Below, piece after piece: positions 8,872 to 17,282 of a stretch of 64,000 nucleotides of DNA (position 1 is the stretch's first letter; each line of letters starts with the position of its first letter). The notes under the pieces are model-generated. The model worked only from the letters and a program-made list of their open reading frames with translations. It made no database searches and was not told where the DNA came from. The position numbers were made by a program, and so were the translations under genes. The DNA is from Thermoplasmata archaeon (lineage in GTDB: Archaea > Thermoplasmatota > Thermoplasmata > Lutacidiplasmatales > UBA184): the NCBI GenBank assembly GCA_036404475.1, contig DASWZL010000107.1, forward strand, positions 77,001 to 141,000, in the 5' to 3' direction.

Positions 8872-9065
8872 GGCTCAGCGTCAATCCCGTGCCGCCTGAT
8901 AAGCTCGTTCGCCGACTCCTGTCCCATCGATGCCTTCGGAGGCCACCGGGGATAAAGGAACTCCCGACTGGAACGATCCTTCTATGACATCGAATCGCGC
9001 GGGGAACCGCGCCGCCTTCCCGCGGGCGCGGAGCTCAAGGTCGGGACCTCTATGGTGCGGCGAGG

Positions 9066-9701
9066 GTGAACCTCCTGAAGAACAAACTCGCGACCGGAGT
9101 CTATTGGGGCAGGTTTAACCCCCCCCACCAGGGGCATCTGAGCGTGATTCGGAAGTTCAAGGACAAGTGCAACCTCGTTGTCGCCATCGGCAGCTCGGAA
9201 CACAAGAACGAGAGGACCAATCCGTTCAGTGGGGCCGAGAGAAAGGAGATGATGGAGGCCTACCTGAGGGAATCGAGGATCGGGGGCGTCCGCGTGGTCA
9301 CGCTCGCTGACGGCAACTCGGAATCCTCGGCCCTCGACAACCTGATCCGGAAGCGCAAGCCGGACCTGCTTATTCTGTCGACCGAGAAGAGCCATCTGGC
9401 CGACCTTGCCGAGCAGCGATTACCGGTGATCCACTTCCCGAGGACGGGAAAGGTTTCCTCCACGCTGATCCGAGACTCTCTGGCGGCCGGCGATGGCAGA
9501 TGGAAGAGACTGATCGGTAGGTCGGTGGCACGGCTGGTCGTGGGGTTTGATGAAATTCGTCGGATAAAGAAGGTCTACGACATACCGAGGGGGACAAAGG
9601 GAACAACCCACAGTAAGAGACACCGGGGGTACCGACTCGGCAGCGTACGTGGCCCGCCCCGGGGGCGGCCGTGCGGCGAGGCTCGAACGTCCTCATCGTA
9701 G
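9066..9701 (+). CDS. nadM: Nicotinamide-nucleotide adenylyltransferase, archaeal type
   Basis: 'GVYWGRFNPPHQGHL' is the (H/T)xGH nucleotidyltransferase motif as it appears in archaeal NMNAT, and 'SSTLIR' is the C-terminal ISSTxIR motif. The last ~40 aa of the ORF are low-complexity. Confidence 0.8.
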   Translation: MNLLKNKLATGVYWGRFNPPHQGHLSVIRKFKDKCNLVVAIGSSEHKNERTNPFSGAERKEMMEAYLRESRIGGVRVVTLADGNSESSALDNLIRKRKPDLLILSTEKSHLADLAEQRLPVIHFPRTGKVSSTLIRDSLAAGDGRWKRLIGRSVARLVVGFDEIRRIKKVYDIPRGTKGTTHSKRHRGYRLGSVRGPPRGRPCGEARTSSS

Positions 9702-9745
9702 GTTTGTACGGGGGCGGGAATCTGCTGCCTCGTCCCGAGGCTCGA

Positions 9746-12562
9746 CTATGGTGGCGCGGGAGGACTACCCGCCCGCGGCGGTAGAAGGGGCGGTACTGGT
9801 CCGGGGGGAGCCGTTGCTCGGCGGCGCAACAGGACCACCGCCATCGTGACTCCGGCGATCACCACGACGTACGCCACGACAGTATCCACGGGCGGACCTG
9901 ACGAAGAAGAGGGGGCTGGCGAGGAAGAGGGGCCCAGCGTGAACGTGATCGTCTCGTTCGCCGGACCCCCGTCGACGGTCACGGCTCCGGCACTTTGATT
10001 CGTCGCGTACCCTGCCACGGGACCTACGGAGAAAGGATACCGACCGTTGGGCTCCCAAAAACTGAGCGTGCTCGTCGTCGACGCGTTGGACGTCCCGTTC
10101 AGGGCGACCGACCAGCTCGTTCCCGAAGGCAACCCCATCTCCGTGAACGTCACCGAAGAGACCGTCGGGCCGTACTGCACGTCGTACCAGAGGTTATCCC
10201 CCTCACCCCCGATCATCGGGTTCGTGTTGACGGAGCTCTTCGCGATCCACGACGCGTACGTCGAGATCTCGTTCTGCTGGTCGTAGTAGACGTAGAGGGC
10301 CAGGCTGTTCGCGATGTGTTCGACGAGGTTGTACATCAGCACCCGAGCGGGGCCGACCGCCATTCCCGCAGCCTGGTCCATTCCCCAGACCATGGCGGCG
10401 TATGCGTTCCCCTGACAGGCCTGCGGAACTCCGGCCTGGTTGGCCCAGTAGAGCAATCCCGGGGACGACGCGGGTGTTGGGTCTTGGCTGCAGCTGAGAG
10501 GCGCTAATGTTTGGTAGAGCGCGGCGCCGGCAGTGTACGTCGAGTTAGGGTAGTAGAGGGGGCTCACGTAGTCCGTCGGGTCGGGGTAGTCCGGGGCCCA
10601 TCCGAGGTTGCCCATCGGAGTATCCGATTGACCGGGGGTCGACGAACACCCAAGGGAACGGCAGCAGTTGCCGAAAGCGCAAGCGAATGTAGTGGGATCG
10701 AGCTGTCCTCCTGTTAAAGACGTGATGCTGGCAAGGTAGTTCGGCATCATCTGGCCGAGCTGCTGATTGCCCATCTGGCCGAGAATCGGAAACTGGCACG
10801 GGAAGGACGGCGTGCAGTTCGCAAGCTCGGGGTCGTAGTATGGGCCGCCCTTCGTCGTCGCTTGGACCCACCACCACGCGGCGCTACCGGCCGTGGTCGC
10901 GTTCGACACCGGGTCGCCGGTCGGCCAACTGATGTTGGTCGGGTAGTAGTTCCCCATGTGCTGCGGAATCGCTCCGCCATAGTTGAACCCGTACGGGATC
11001 CCATCCGTCGTGAAGGTCGTATTCTCGACGGTGGTGTACGGGAACGCGTTCACGAGGAACTCGCGCACCCCGACGTAGGAGAAGAAATCTCCCGGTACGG
11101 TGATGGGGTCCGGGTCGATTTCCCGCGCCGCCGTCAAGCTGAACGTTAGCGAGAACGCCAAGAGGAAGATGGTTAGTGATGGAACGGTCAACACCCCGAT
11201 CTTGCCCTCCTGCGCCAGCGAGAGCATCTGAGGCGTGTCGCCGGGAAGGATGGTCGCGAAATCAGCCTGTCCGGCTTCGTACTGATCGATCCCCACGCTG
11301 TCGGTCGATCGGTAGACGACCGTGACATGTGCCATGTAATGGGCTGGCCCGGGCAGGGGCTCGCAGTTCGGCTGGCCCGCACAGCCTGTCGGGGCCTGAT
11401 AAACGGGATTCTGCGCGAGCGTGTAGCCGACCGACTGGCCGAACGGTTGGTTGGTCAGGTAGTACGGTCCTGACCCGACCATGTCCCATCGAACACCGGG
11501 CTGAATCCCCGGAGTGTTTAGTGCGAGCAACTCGAAGGCGTCCCAGTAGGTTGGCAAGATGCTGGTGAGCCAGGCTTGGAACGACGTGTCCGAGGTGCTG
11601 TGGGCCCCGCCGGGGAGGAGGCATGGCCCGTCCCCGCTCGCGGCGGTCGTGCCGGGAAAGCCCGGAACGGCCGCGGCCTGGGCGCTGAACCAACCGCACG
11701 GTTCGACCGACCCACCCGAGGAGTCGGCGACCAGCAGCAAGAAGAACGGCCAGGCAGAGCCTCCCCCCGTGACATCGAACGTGACGCAGCCGTTCGAGTT
11801 CACCATCGCGGCGACCGGACAGTACGTGGTGTCGTTGATCAGGATCGACGAGAAGAGACCCTGCGGCGTGTTGTTGAAGGGGACGTGGATACCGCCGTCC
11901 CACTTGGAATTCCCGCCCGGCAGCAGTGCCTGGCACTCGATCCAGCCGGGTTGGGCACCGAACCCCGGAAGGTCGGCGAAGCCGCAGGTCCGCGCGAACG
12001 TGAAGGCCACGTCGGACGGGTAGACCGGCCAGTTGGCTCCGGTCGATGGATCGTAGAATCGAGCCGCCGGGTCGATGGGGAAGGTCCAGTACTGCGGTGA
12101 ACCCGTGGACACGTTGTTGACGACCAGCGAGGCTCCGCCGTACATCGCGGCGCAGCCCGGGCCCGGCACGCACATGGACAGTTCGGGCAAGAACGAGACC
12201 GTGCTGCTCCCGTTGAACGCCACGAGTGTCTGGTAGACGTTGAGGATCGGCTCGGCACTGATGGAATCGTAAGCTACCGAGGGGTCCACCGAGGTAGCGC
12301 CTCCCGGGGCGACCTCCTGGTAGATGATCTGGCCGGGATGCGGACTGCCACCGGTGTCGGGGGTCACACCGGCTGCGGCAGAGCTGATCGCCGATGCCGA
12401 GTTTGTCGTCGCGCCCTCGAACGCGGCCGGGGTCGATGAGCTGTGCGTGGATCCCGCAGTAACGGCGCCGCTCGGAAACAGTAGGCTCAGGGTCAACGCT
12501 ATCACTACCGCGGCGACGAATGCAGAGGCGCGCGTTGAGCTCGACATGCTCACGTTCCACAT
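9746..12562 (-). CDS. Extracellular solute-binding protein, family 5 (oligopeptide/dipeptide ABC-type), very large (938 aa), with a C-terminal TM anchor
   Basis: - N-terminal signal peptide 'MWNVSMSSSTRASAFVAAVVIALTLSLLF';
- SBP_bac_5-like core 'DPSVAYDSISAEPILNVYQTLVAFNG';
- many N-x-S/T sequons;
- C-terminus 'VVAYVVVIAGVTMAVVLLRRRATAPPGPVPPLLPP' (TM helix, then RRR, then a Pro-rich tail). Confidence 0.7.
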   Translation of the reverse strand: MWNVSMSSSTRASAFVAAVVIALTLSLLFPSGAVTAGSTHSSSTPAAFEGATTNSASAISSAAAGVTPDTGGSPHPGQIIYQEVAPGGATSVDPSVAYDSISAEPILNVYQTLVAFNGSSTVSFLPELSMCVPGPGCAAMYGGASLVVNNVSTGSPQYWTFPIDPAARFYDPSTGANWPVYPSDVAFTFARTCGFADLPGFGAQPGWIECQALLPGGNSKWDGGIHVPFNNTPQGLFSSILINDTTYCPVAAMVNSNGCVTFDVTGGGSAWPFFLLLVADSSGGSVEPCGWFSAQAAAVPGFPGTTAASGDGPCLLPGGAHSTSDTSFQAWLTSILPTYWDAFELLALNTPGIQPGVRWDMVGSGPYYLTNQPFGQSVGYTLAQNPVYQAPTGCAGQPNCEPLPGPAHYMAHVTVVYRSTDSVGIDQYEAGQADFATILPGDTPQMLSLAQEGKIGVLTVPSLTIFLLAFSLTFSLTAAREIDPDPITVPGDFFSYVGVREFLVNAFPYTTVENTTFTTDGIPYGFNYGGAIPQHMGNYYPTNISWPTGDPVSNATTAGSAAWWWVQATTKGGPYYDPELANCTPSFPCQFPILGQMGNQQLGQMMPNYLASITSLTGGQLDPTTFACAFGNCCRSLGCSSTPGQSDTPMGNLGWAPDYPDPTDYVSPLYYPNSTYTAGAALYQTLAPLSCSQDPTPASSPGLLYWANQAGVPQACQGNAYAAMVWGMDQAAGMAVGPARVLMYNLVEHIANSLALYVYYDQQNEISTYASWIAKSSVNTNPMIGGEGDNLWYDVQYGPTVSSVTFTEMGLPSGTSWSVALNGTSNASTTSTLSFWEPNGRYPFSVGPVAGYATNQSAGAVTVDGGPANETITFTLGPSSSPAPSSSSGPPVDTVVAYVVVIAGVTMAVVLLRRRATAPPGPVPPLLPPRAGSPPAPP

Positions 12563-12967
12563 GCTTTGTCGTGCACGTGGGCTGTCCTGCTCTAGAGAAC
12601 ATGACCACACCGACCATCAACCTATCAGGCCTCACCGACGCATTCGGCTCCCGTCGTGCGGTCCTTCGAGCCGTCCTCGCGCAAATTCGAACCGGCTCGA
12701 CCTGGGGAGCGTTGGCGCCTCATCTCCCGTGGAGAACTCGCCCATCGCCAGGGGCGACTTCGCTTGGAACCAACAACCGGATTTTTCCTCTTCCCCCCTC
12801 GATACCGTAGTCATCGACCCGGGGATACCGAGTCCGGGCACGGGCGCAGATACCGGGACGATGAGCCTGCGAGTCGGGGGTTAAGTCTACGGGAACGATC
12901 AATCGGAAGGGAAGAACCCTGGCGGGATTCGGTTGCAACCGACTGCGCCGAGAGGGACAGGGCAAGT

Positions 12968-13312
12968 ATGATGTTCCCGAAGCTCCCTTCTGGGTCGATG
13001 GAGTCCCCGTTTACCCTAGAAACCGTCCCGATGGTGGACGAGAGCCATGTATGCACGTGGTGCAGCACTCCCCTCCTGAAAGGCACCACAGGGGTTCGCG
13101 TGGTGAACTACCCGGCGGCCCTACCCGAGAACCTTAGAGAGCACTACTTCCACACCATGGAACACCTTCGGAGCTGGGCCCAGCAGGCGGCTCTGAACGC
13201 GATGAGGCTCATCGCGACCAACGACCCGACGTACCTCGCGCATCCGGCCGAGATCGTTGCGAGGCGCGATGCCTACTCCGCGCTGGCGCAAATGACGTAC
13301 CCCAACCGATAG
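12968..13312 (+). CDS. Hypothetical protein (114 aa)
   Basis: The balanced-composition C-terminal part of ORF 12656-13312 contains 'CTWCSTPLL' and 'HYFHTMEH'. No domain recognised. Confidence 0.3.
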   Translation: MMFPKLPSGSMESPFTLETVPMVDESHVCTWCSTPLLKGTTGVRVVNYPAALPENLREHYFHTMEHLRSWAQQAALNAMRLIATNDPTYLAHPAEIVARRDAYSALAQMTYPNR

Positions 13313-13427
13313 ACATCGCCCGGCGGGGAGGGTCGAACCGACCGCTCGACGGCGAACCTCGAGCCGTTGGCCGGACTCGAGCAAGGGCCGGGAGGTCACC
13401 CGCTGCGCTGGTTCCGGACGCCGTCGC

Positions 13428-16400
13428 TCAGCCGACGGGGGTCGTCGTCGGCCGCTTGTCGGTCGATGCCGGGACGTCCTCGACCGTGGATGAGGTCTTC
13501 TCGACGATTCGGATCGTGGACGGGACCCGAAGGGCATCGACCTCGGTGAGAGGCCGTGGGGTTTCCTTCGGCACCGTGGCCTCGACGGTGTGGTCGCCCC
13601 CGAGATTGAGGGTTGCCTCCACCGTGCCGTCGTCCGAATACGTGAGCGAGAAGCCCATCCTCTTCATGAGGGAGAGCGCCCGGTAGTTCTCGGCGAGCAT
13701 GACGGAATAGACCCGCTCGATCCCCATGTCCTCGGCGACCTCGAGGACGTGGTCCGTGAGCTTCGTCCCAAGTCCGGCATTCTGGAACTCATCGGTCACG
13801 ATGACGGCGAACTCTCCGCTCTTCCCGTCCGGTTCGATGCTCAGGCGGCCTACGCCTAGAAGCCTTCGCTTCCCGTTCTGGGTCAGCTCGGGCACGATCG
13901 CGATCTCTCGGTCATAGTCGATGTTGCAGTAGCGTACCCGCATCTCGTGCGGGGTGTCCTTGATGACCTGGAAGAACCGGTACCGGATCGATTCCTCCGA
14001 GAACCCCTTGAACATCTCGAGCCACATCGGTTCGTCCTCGGGCTTGATCGGGCGGAGAAGGACCTCCTCGCCGGCCCCCATCCTCCAGTGCGCTTCGTAC
14101 TTCTTCGGGTACGGGCTGATCACCAGCTGGGCGCGGGCGTCGTGGTCGCGACCCGCTCGGTCCTTGTCGATCAGGATCCGCGCATCGAGGATGTGGACCT
14201 TGCTCTCGTTGAGGAGGAGCGGGTTGATGTCGATCTCTTTGATCTGCGGAAAGTCGACCAGGAGCTGCGAGAAGAGGAGCAGCGTCTTTTCCAGAAGCTC
14301 GATGTTGGCCCGTGGCTGGTTCCGGTACCCTTTGAGGAGCTGGTAGACCTTCGTCTCCTCGAGCATCCGCCGGATAAGCGTCGTATTCAGGGGCGGAAGC
14401 GCGACCGCGGCGTCCCGGTAGAGCTCGACCCCCACGCCGCCCATTCCGAACAGGACGACCGGCCCGAAGAGGGGGTCGGTCTTTCCCCCGACGATCAGTT
14501 CGTGGCCGCCCCTCGGGATCATCGGCTGAACGGTCACGCCGAGGATCTGGGCGTTGGGCTTGAACGCCTTCGCCCGCGCGACCAGGGCATCGAACTGACG
14601 ACGGACCTCCTCCTCGGAGCCGATGTCGAGCGCCACCCCGCCCGCCTCCGTCTTGTGGAGGATGTCCGGGGAGAGAATCTTGAGCACCACCGGGAAGCCG
14701 AAATGCCTCGCTTTCGCGGTCGCCTCCTCCGCGGTTGTCGCGACCTCGGTCGAGACCACGGGGAAGCCGTAGTACTTCAGCACCCGCTTCGCTTCTTCCT
14801 CGGTTAGCGCCTCGCGGCCCTCCTTGGTGGCCCGCTGCAGGATCACGGAGATCGGTCGCCGCGGCGGGGCGGAGTCGACCGGAAGTTCCTCGGGGGTTTC
14901 GTACAGTAGCCCGATGTTCCGGCGGTATTGGTACATCGTCAGGTACGTCTTGACCGCCTCCTCGGGCGACGAATACGTGGGAATGTTGTGGCCGGCGAAG
15001 AACGCGTTCGCCTCGGTGACCCGGCTTCGACCCATGAACGACGCGAGGATCGTCTTGTTCTGGTAGGTCTTCGCCTGGAGGATCTCCACTACCGTCTCCG
15101 CCACGGCGAGAGGATTGATCATCGCCTGGGCCGTGAGCAGGAGCAGGATCCCGTCGACGTTCTCGTCGTCGAGGCACGCCTCGAGCGCGACCCGGTAGCG
15201 CTCGGGCCCGGCGTCCCCGATGAGGTCGATCGGGTTCCCGTGGCTCCAGAACGCTGGGAGCGCCGCGTTGAGCCGCTCCATCGTCTTCGGGCTGAGATCG
15301 GCCAGCTTCCCGCCCCGCGCGAGGAGCGCGTCGCTGGTCATGATCCCCGGCCCGCCCGCATTCGTGATGATCGCGAGTCTCGGTCCGATCGGGAGGGGCT
15401 GGGTGCTCAAGACCTCGGCCGCATTGAACAGGTCCGCGATCTCCTCGACCCGAACGATCCCGGCGCGCTTGAACGCCGCCTCGTAGATGTCGTCCTCGCC
15501 CGAGAGGGAGCCCGTATGCGAGGCCACTGCCCGAGCGCTTTCCCGGAACCGGCCGGCTTTGACGACCACGATCGGCTTCGTCCGGGCGAAGTGCCGGGCG
15601 GCGCTCATGAATCGTCGGGCGTTGGTGACCCCCTCGATGTACATCAGGATGCTTCGGGTCTGTGGGTCGCTGCCGAAATAGTCGATGAGGTCGCCGAAGT
15701 CGACGTCGATCATGGACCCTACGGAGACGAAGGTCGAGAACCCGACATTCTCGTGGATCGCCGTGTCGAGGATCGCGGAACCCAGCGCCCCGCTCTGGGA
15801 GAGGAACGCCACGGTTCCCGGTTTCGGGATCTTCGAAAGGAAGGTCCCGTTGAGGCGCGTTGAGGGGCGGATGATTCCGAGGCAGTTCGGGCCCACGATC
15901 CGGATGCCGTACTTGGCAGCGACCGCGAGGATCTCGTCCTCGAGGAGCTTCCCCGACGGTCCCGTTTCCTTGAAACCGGCGGAGAGGATGACGACTCCCT
16001 TCACCCCGGCCTTGCCGCACTCCTCGACGAGCCCACATACCGTCTTCGCGGGAGTGGCAATGATCGCGAGGTCGACCGTTTCCGGGACCGCCCCCACGGT
16101 CGGGTATGCCTTGACACCGAGGATCTCGGACTTGTGGTTGTTGACGAAGTAGGCCTTGCCCTCAAACACCCCTCTCGCGAAATTGGCCGACACCGCATGG
16201 CCCACGGACCCTTCCGTGTCGGTCGCGCCGAGGATGGCCACGACTCGGGGTTTGAAGATCTTGTCGAGATTGTAGGTCCCCACCGGCCTTCTCCTCGTTT
16301 CCTTCTGGTGAGGGTGGATCGAGCCGCCCGATGGCCCCCGCCGGACTCGGGAGGCGGAGAAATCACCCTCCGTCGGTATTACAGACTTGCGGCTCCTCAA

Positions 16401-16490
16401 AAAGGGGTTCGTTCTTCCGATTCGACGGGCGGTGCGGCTGATGCCCCTCTCGGTCAGCGGCCGTCGAGGGGCGGAACAAGATCCGAGCAT
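13428..16490 (-). CDS. NDP-forming acyl-CoA synthetase (alpha+beta fused) with a C-terminal GNAT acetyltransferase domain (Pat-type protein acetyltransferase architecture)
   Basis: Domain order, N to C:
- CoA-binding Rossmann domain ('PRVVAILGATDTEGSVGHAV', 'RIVGPNCLGII');
- succinyl-CoA-synthetase-alpha-like region with 'AVASHTGSLSG' (His at the phosphohistidine position);
- ATP-grasp ('AKRVLKYYGFPVVSTEVATTAEEATAKARHFGFPVVLKILSPDILHKTEAGGVAL');
- GNAT ('VLLRPIKPEDEPMWLEMF', 'EFAVIVTDEFQNAGLGTKL').
The true start is probably an alternative codon near 'KPRVVAIL'; the first ~80 ORF residues are Arg-rich junk. Confidence 0.8.
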   Translation of the reverse strand: MLGSCSAPRRPLTERGISRTARRIGRTNPFLRSRKSVIPTEGDFSASRVRRGPSGGSIHPHQKETRRRPVGTYNLDKIFKPRVVAILGATDTEGSVGHAVSANFARGVFEGKAYFVNNHKSEILGVKAYPTVGAVPETVDLAIIATPAKTVCGLVEECGKAGVKGVVILSAGFKETGPSGKLLEDEILAVAAKYGIRIVGPNCLGIIRPSTRLNGTFLSKIPKPGTVAFLSQSGALGSAILDTAIHENVGFSTFVSVGSMIDVDFGDLIDYFGSDPQTRSILMYIEGVTNARRFMSAARHFARTKPIVVVKAGRFRESARAVASHTGSLSGEDDIYEAAFKRAGIVRVEEIADLFNAAEVLSTQPLPIGPRLAIITNAGGPGIMTSDALLARGGKLADLSPKTMERLNAALPAFWSHGNPIDLIGDAGPERYRVALEACLDDENVDGILLLLTAQAMINPLAVAETVVEILQAKTYQNKTILASFMGRSRVTEANAFFAGHNIPTYSSPEEAVKTYLTMYQYRRNIGLLYETPEELPVDSAPPRRPISVILQRATKEGREALTEEEAKRVLKYYGFPVVSTEVATTAEEATAKARHFGFPVVLKILSPDILHKTEAGGVALDIGSEEEVRRQFDALVARAKAFKPNAQILGVTVQPMIPRGGHELIVGGKTDPLFGPVVLFGMGGVGVELYRDAAVALPPLNTTLIRRMLEETKVYQLLKGYRNQPRANIELLEKTLLLFSQLLVDFPQIKEIDINPLLLNESKVHILDARILIDKDRAGRDHDARAQLVISPYPKKYEAHWRMGAGEEVLLRPIKPEDEPMWLEMFKGFSEESIRYRFFQVIKDTPHEMRVRYCNIDYDREIAIVPELTQNGKRRLLGVGRLSIEPDGKSGEFAVIVTDEFQNAGLGTKLTDHVLEVAEDMGIERVYSVMLAENYRALSLMKRMGFSLTYSDDGTVEATLNLGGDHTVEATVPKETPRPLTEVDALRVPSTIRIVEKTSSTVEDVPASTDKRPTTTPVG

Positions 16491-16627
16491 CTGGGATTCC
16501 TTCTCCGCTGTGAGGAACTCCCGTGCCCGGCAGCTTCAGGCGTTCCCAACCGTAGTGGTCGACGCGGTGTTCGCGGCGGTCCCCACGGCGGTCTTAAGCA
16601 GATGCGCGTCCTGCCTCACGAAGGACC

Positions 16628-16804
16628 ATGCCGAAGGTAATGGTACTGGCGAACGAGAACGGACCGAACCTTGTAATGGTGGATGGGAAGGTCGTTGCGG
16701 GGCTCTGCCGGTGCGGCCACTCCTCGAAGAAGCCGCTGTGCGATGGCACTCATCACAAGATGGACTTCCGGGCCGAGAAGGCCGAGGTCAAGATCCTCGA
16801 GTGA
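16628..16804 (+). CDS. CDGSH iron-sulfur domain protein (58 aa, below the ORF track cutoff)
   Basis: Translated by hand: MPKVMVLANENGPNLVMVDGKVVAGLCRCGHSSKKPLCDGTHHKMDFRAEKAEVKILE*, carrying the C-x-C-x2-(S/T)-x3-P-x-C-D-G-(S/A/T)-H signature. The overlapping track ORF 16387-16866 is in another frame and looks spurious. Confidence 0.7.
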   Translation: MPKVMVLANENGPNLVMVDGKVVAGLCRCGHSSKKPLCDGTHHKMDFRAEKAEVKILE

Positions 16805-16874
16805 GCGGGAAACCGCCGACCTGTCCTCGGAGTCCTCCTCGCCGTCGCCGAGGTGGAGCGAGTTAGGGCAGGTC

Positions 16875-17231
16875 ATGCCACGCGCCGCAACGCCGAGGGC
16901 GCCTGCCGCGGAGATGGGCGAAGTGGCCGACGAGGCGCGACGCGTTGTCCGAGATGTGGCTCCTCGCCTCCGGACGCAGATGAGGTGGGGACTCCCCTGG
17001 TTCGTCGGGGAGGACCTCGTTCTGGTCGTCGCGGCCTTCACGCGTCACGTGGACGTCAAGTTCTGGAGGGGGTCGTCCCTCTCGGACCCCGGCGGTCTGC
17101 TCGAAGGCACGGGGAAGAACCTCCGCCACGTCAAACTGCGGACGGTCGCCGAGGCCCGGGCTCCGGCCCTAGCATCCCTCATCCGCGAGGCGGTCCGGCA
17201 GGACTCGCGCTCCCCGAAGAGGAGCCGATAG
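16875..17231 (+). CDS. DUF1801 (YdhG/YjbR-like) domain protein
   Basis: 'RWGLPWFVGEDLVLVVAAFTRHVDVKFWRG' fits the DUF1801 pattern. Start taken at the internal ATG ('MPRAATP'); the upstream ORF part is Ser/Arg junk. Confidence 0.5.
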   Translation: MPRAATPRAPAAEMGEVADEARRVVRDVAPRLRTQMRWGLPWFVGEDLVLVVAAFTRHVDVKFWRGSSLSDPGGLLEGTGKNLRHVKLRTVAEARAPALASLIREAVRQDSRSPKRSR

Positions 17232-17282
17232 ACTCGACGGTCGGTCGTGACGCTGTCCGGTGGGTCCCCCCACCGGTCAGGG

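Noticed and set aside
8068-9060. Looked for the DDE catalytic domain of the IS630 transposase in all frames downstream of the HTH ORF
   Set aside because: No D..D..E-bearing ORF of appropriate composition was found. The element is called degraded rather than frameshifted-intact.
11262-12635. 457-aa ORF and several 100-170-aa ORFs overlapping the family-5 solute-binding-protein gene
   Set aside because: Alternative-frame artefacts of a 65% GC gene. The SBP frame has a signal peptide, the SBP_bac_5 core and a TM anchor.
13912-16038. 708-aa ORF (- strand, alternative frame) and 286/311-aa + strand ORFs inside the ACS-GNAT gene
   Set aside because: Arg/Gly/Pro/Asp-rich noise with no motifs. The 13428-16490 frame carries contiguous CoA-binding, ATP-grasp and GNAT motifs.
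16387-16866. 159-aa + strand ORF overlapping the CDGSH gene in another frame
   Set aside because: Translation is Arg/Gly/Pro-rich with no motif. The +1 frame gives a perfect CDGSH domain with clean start and stop.
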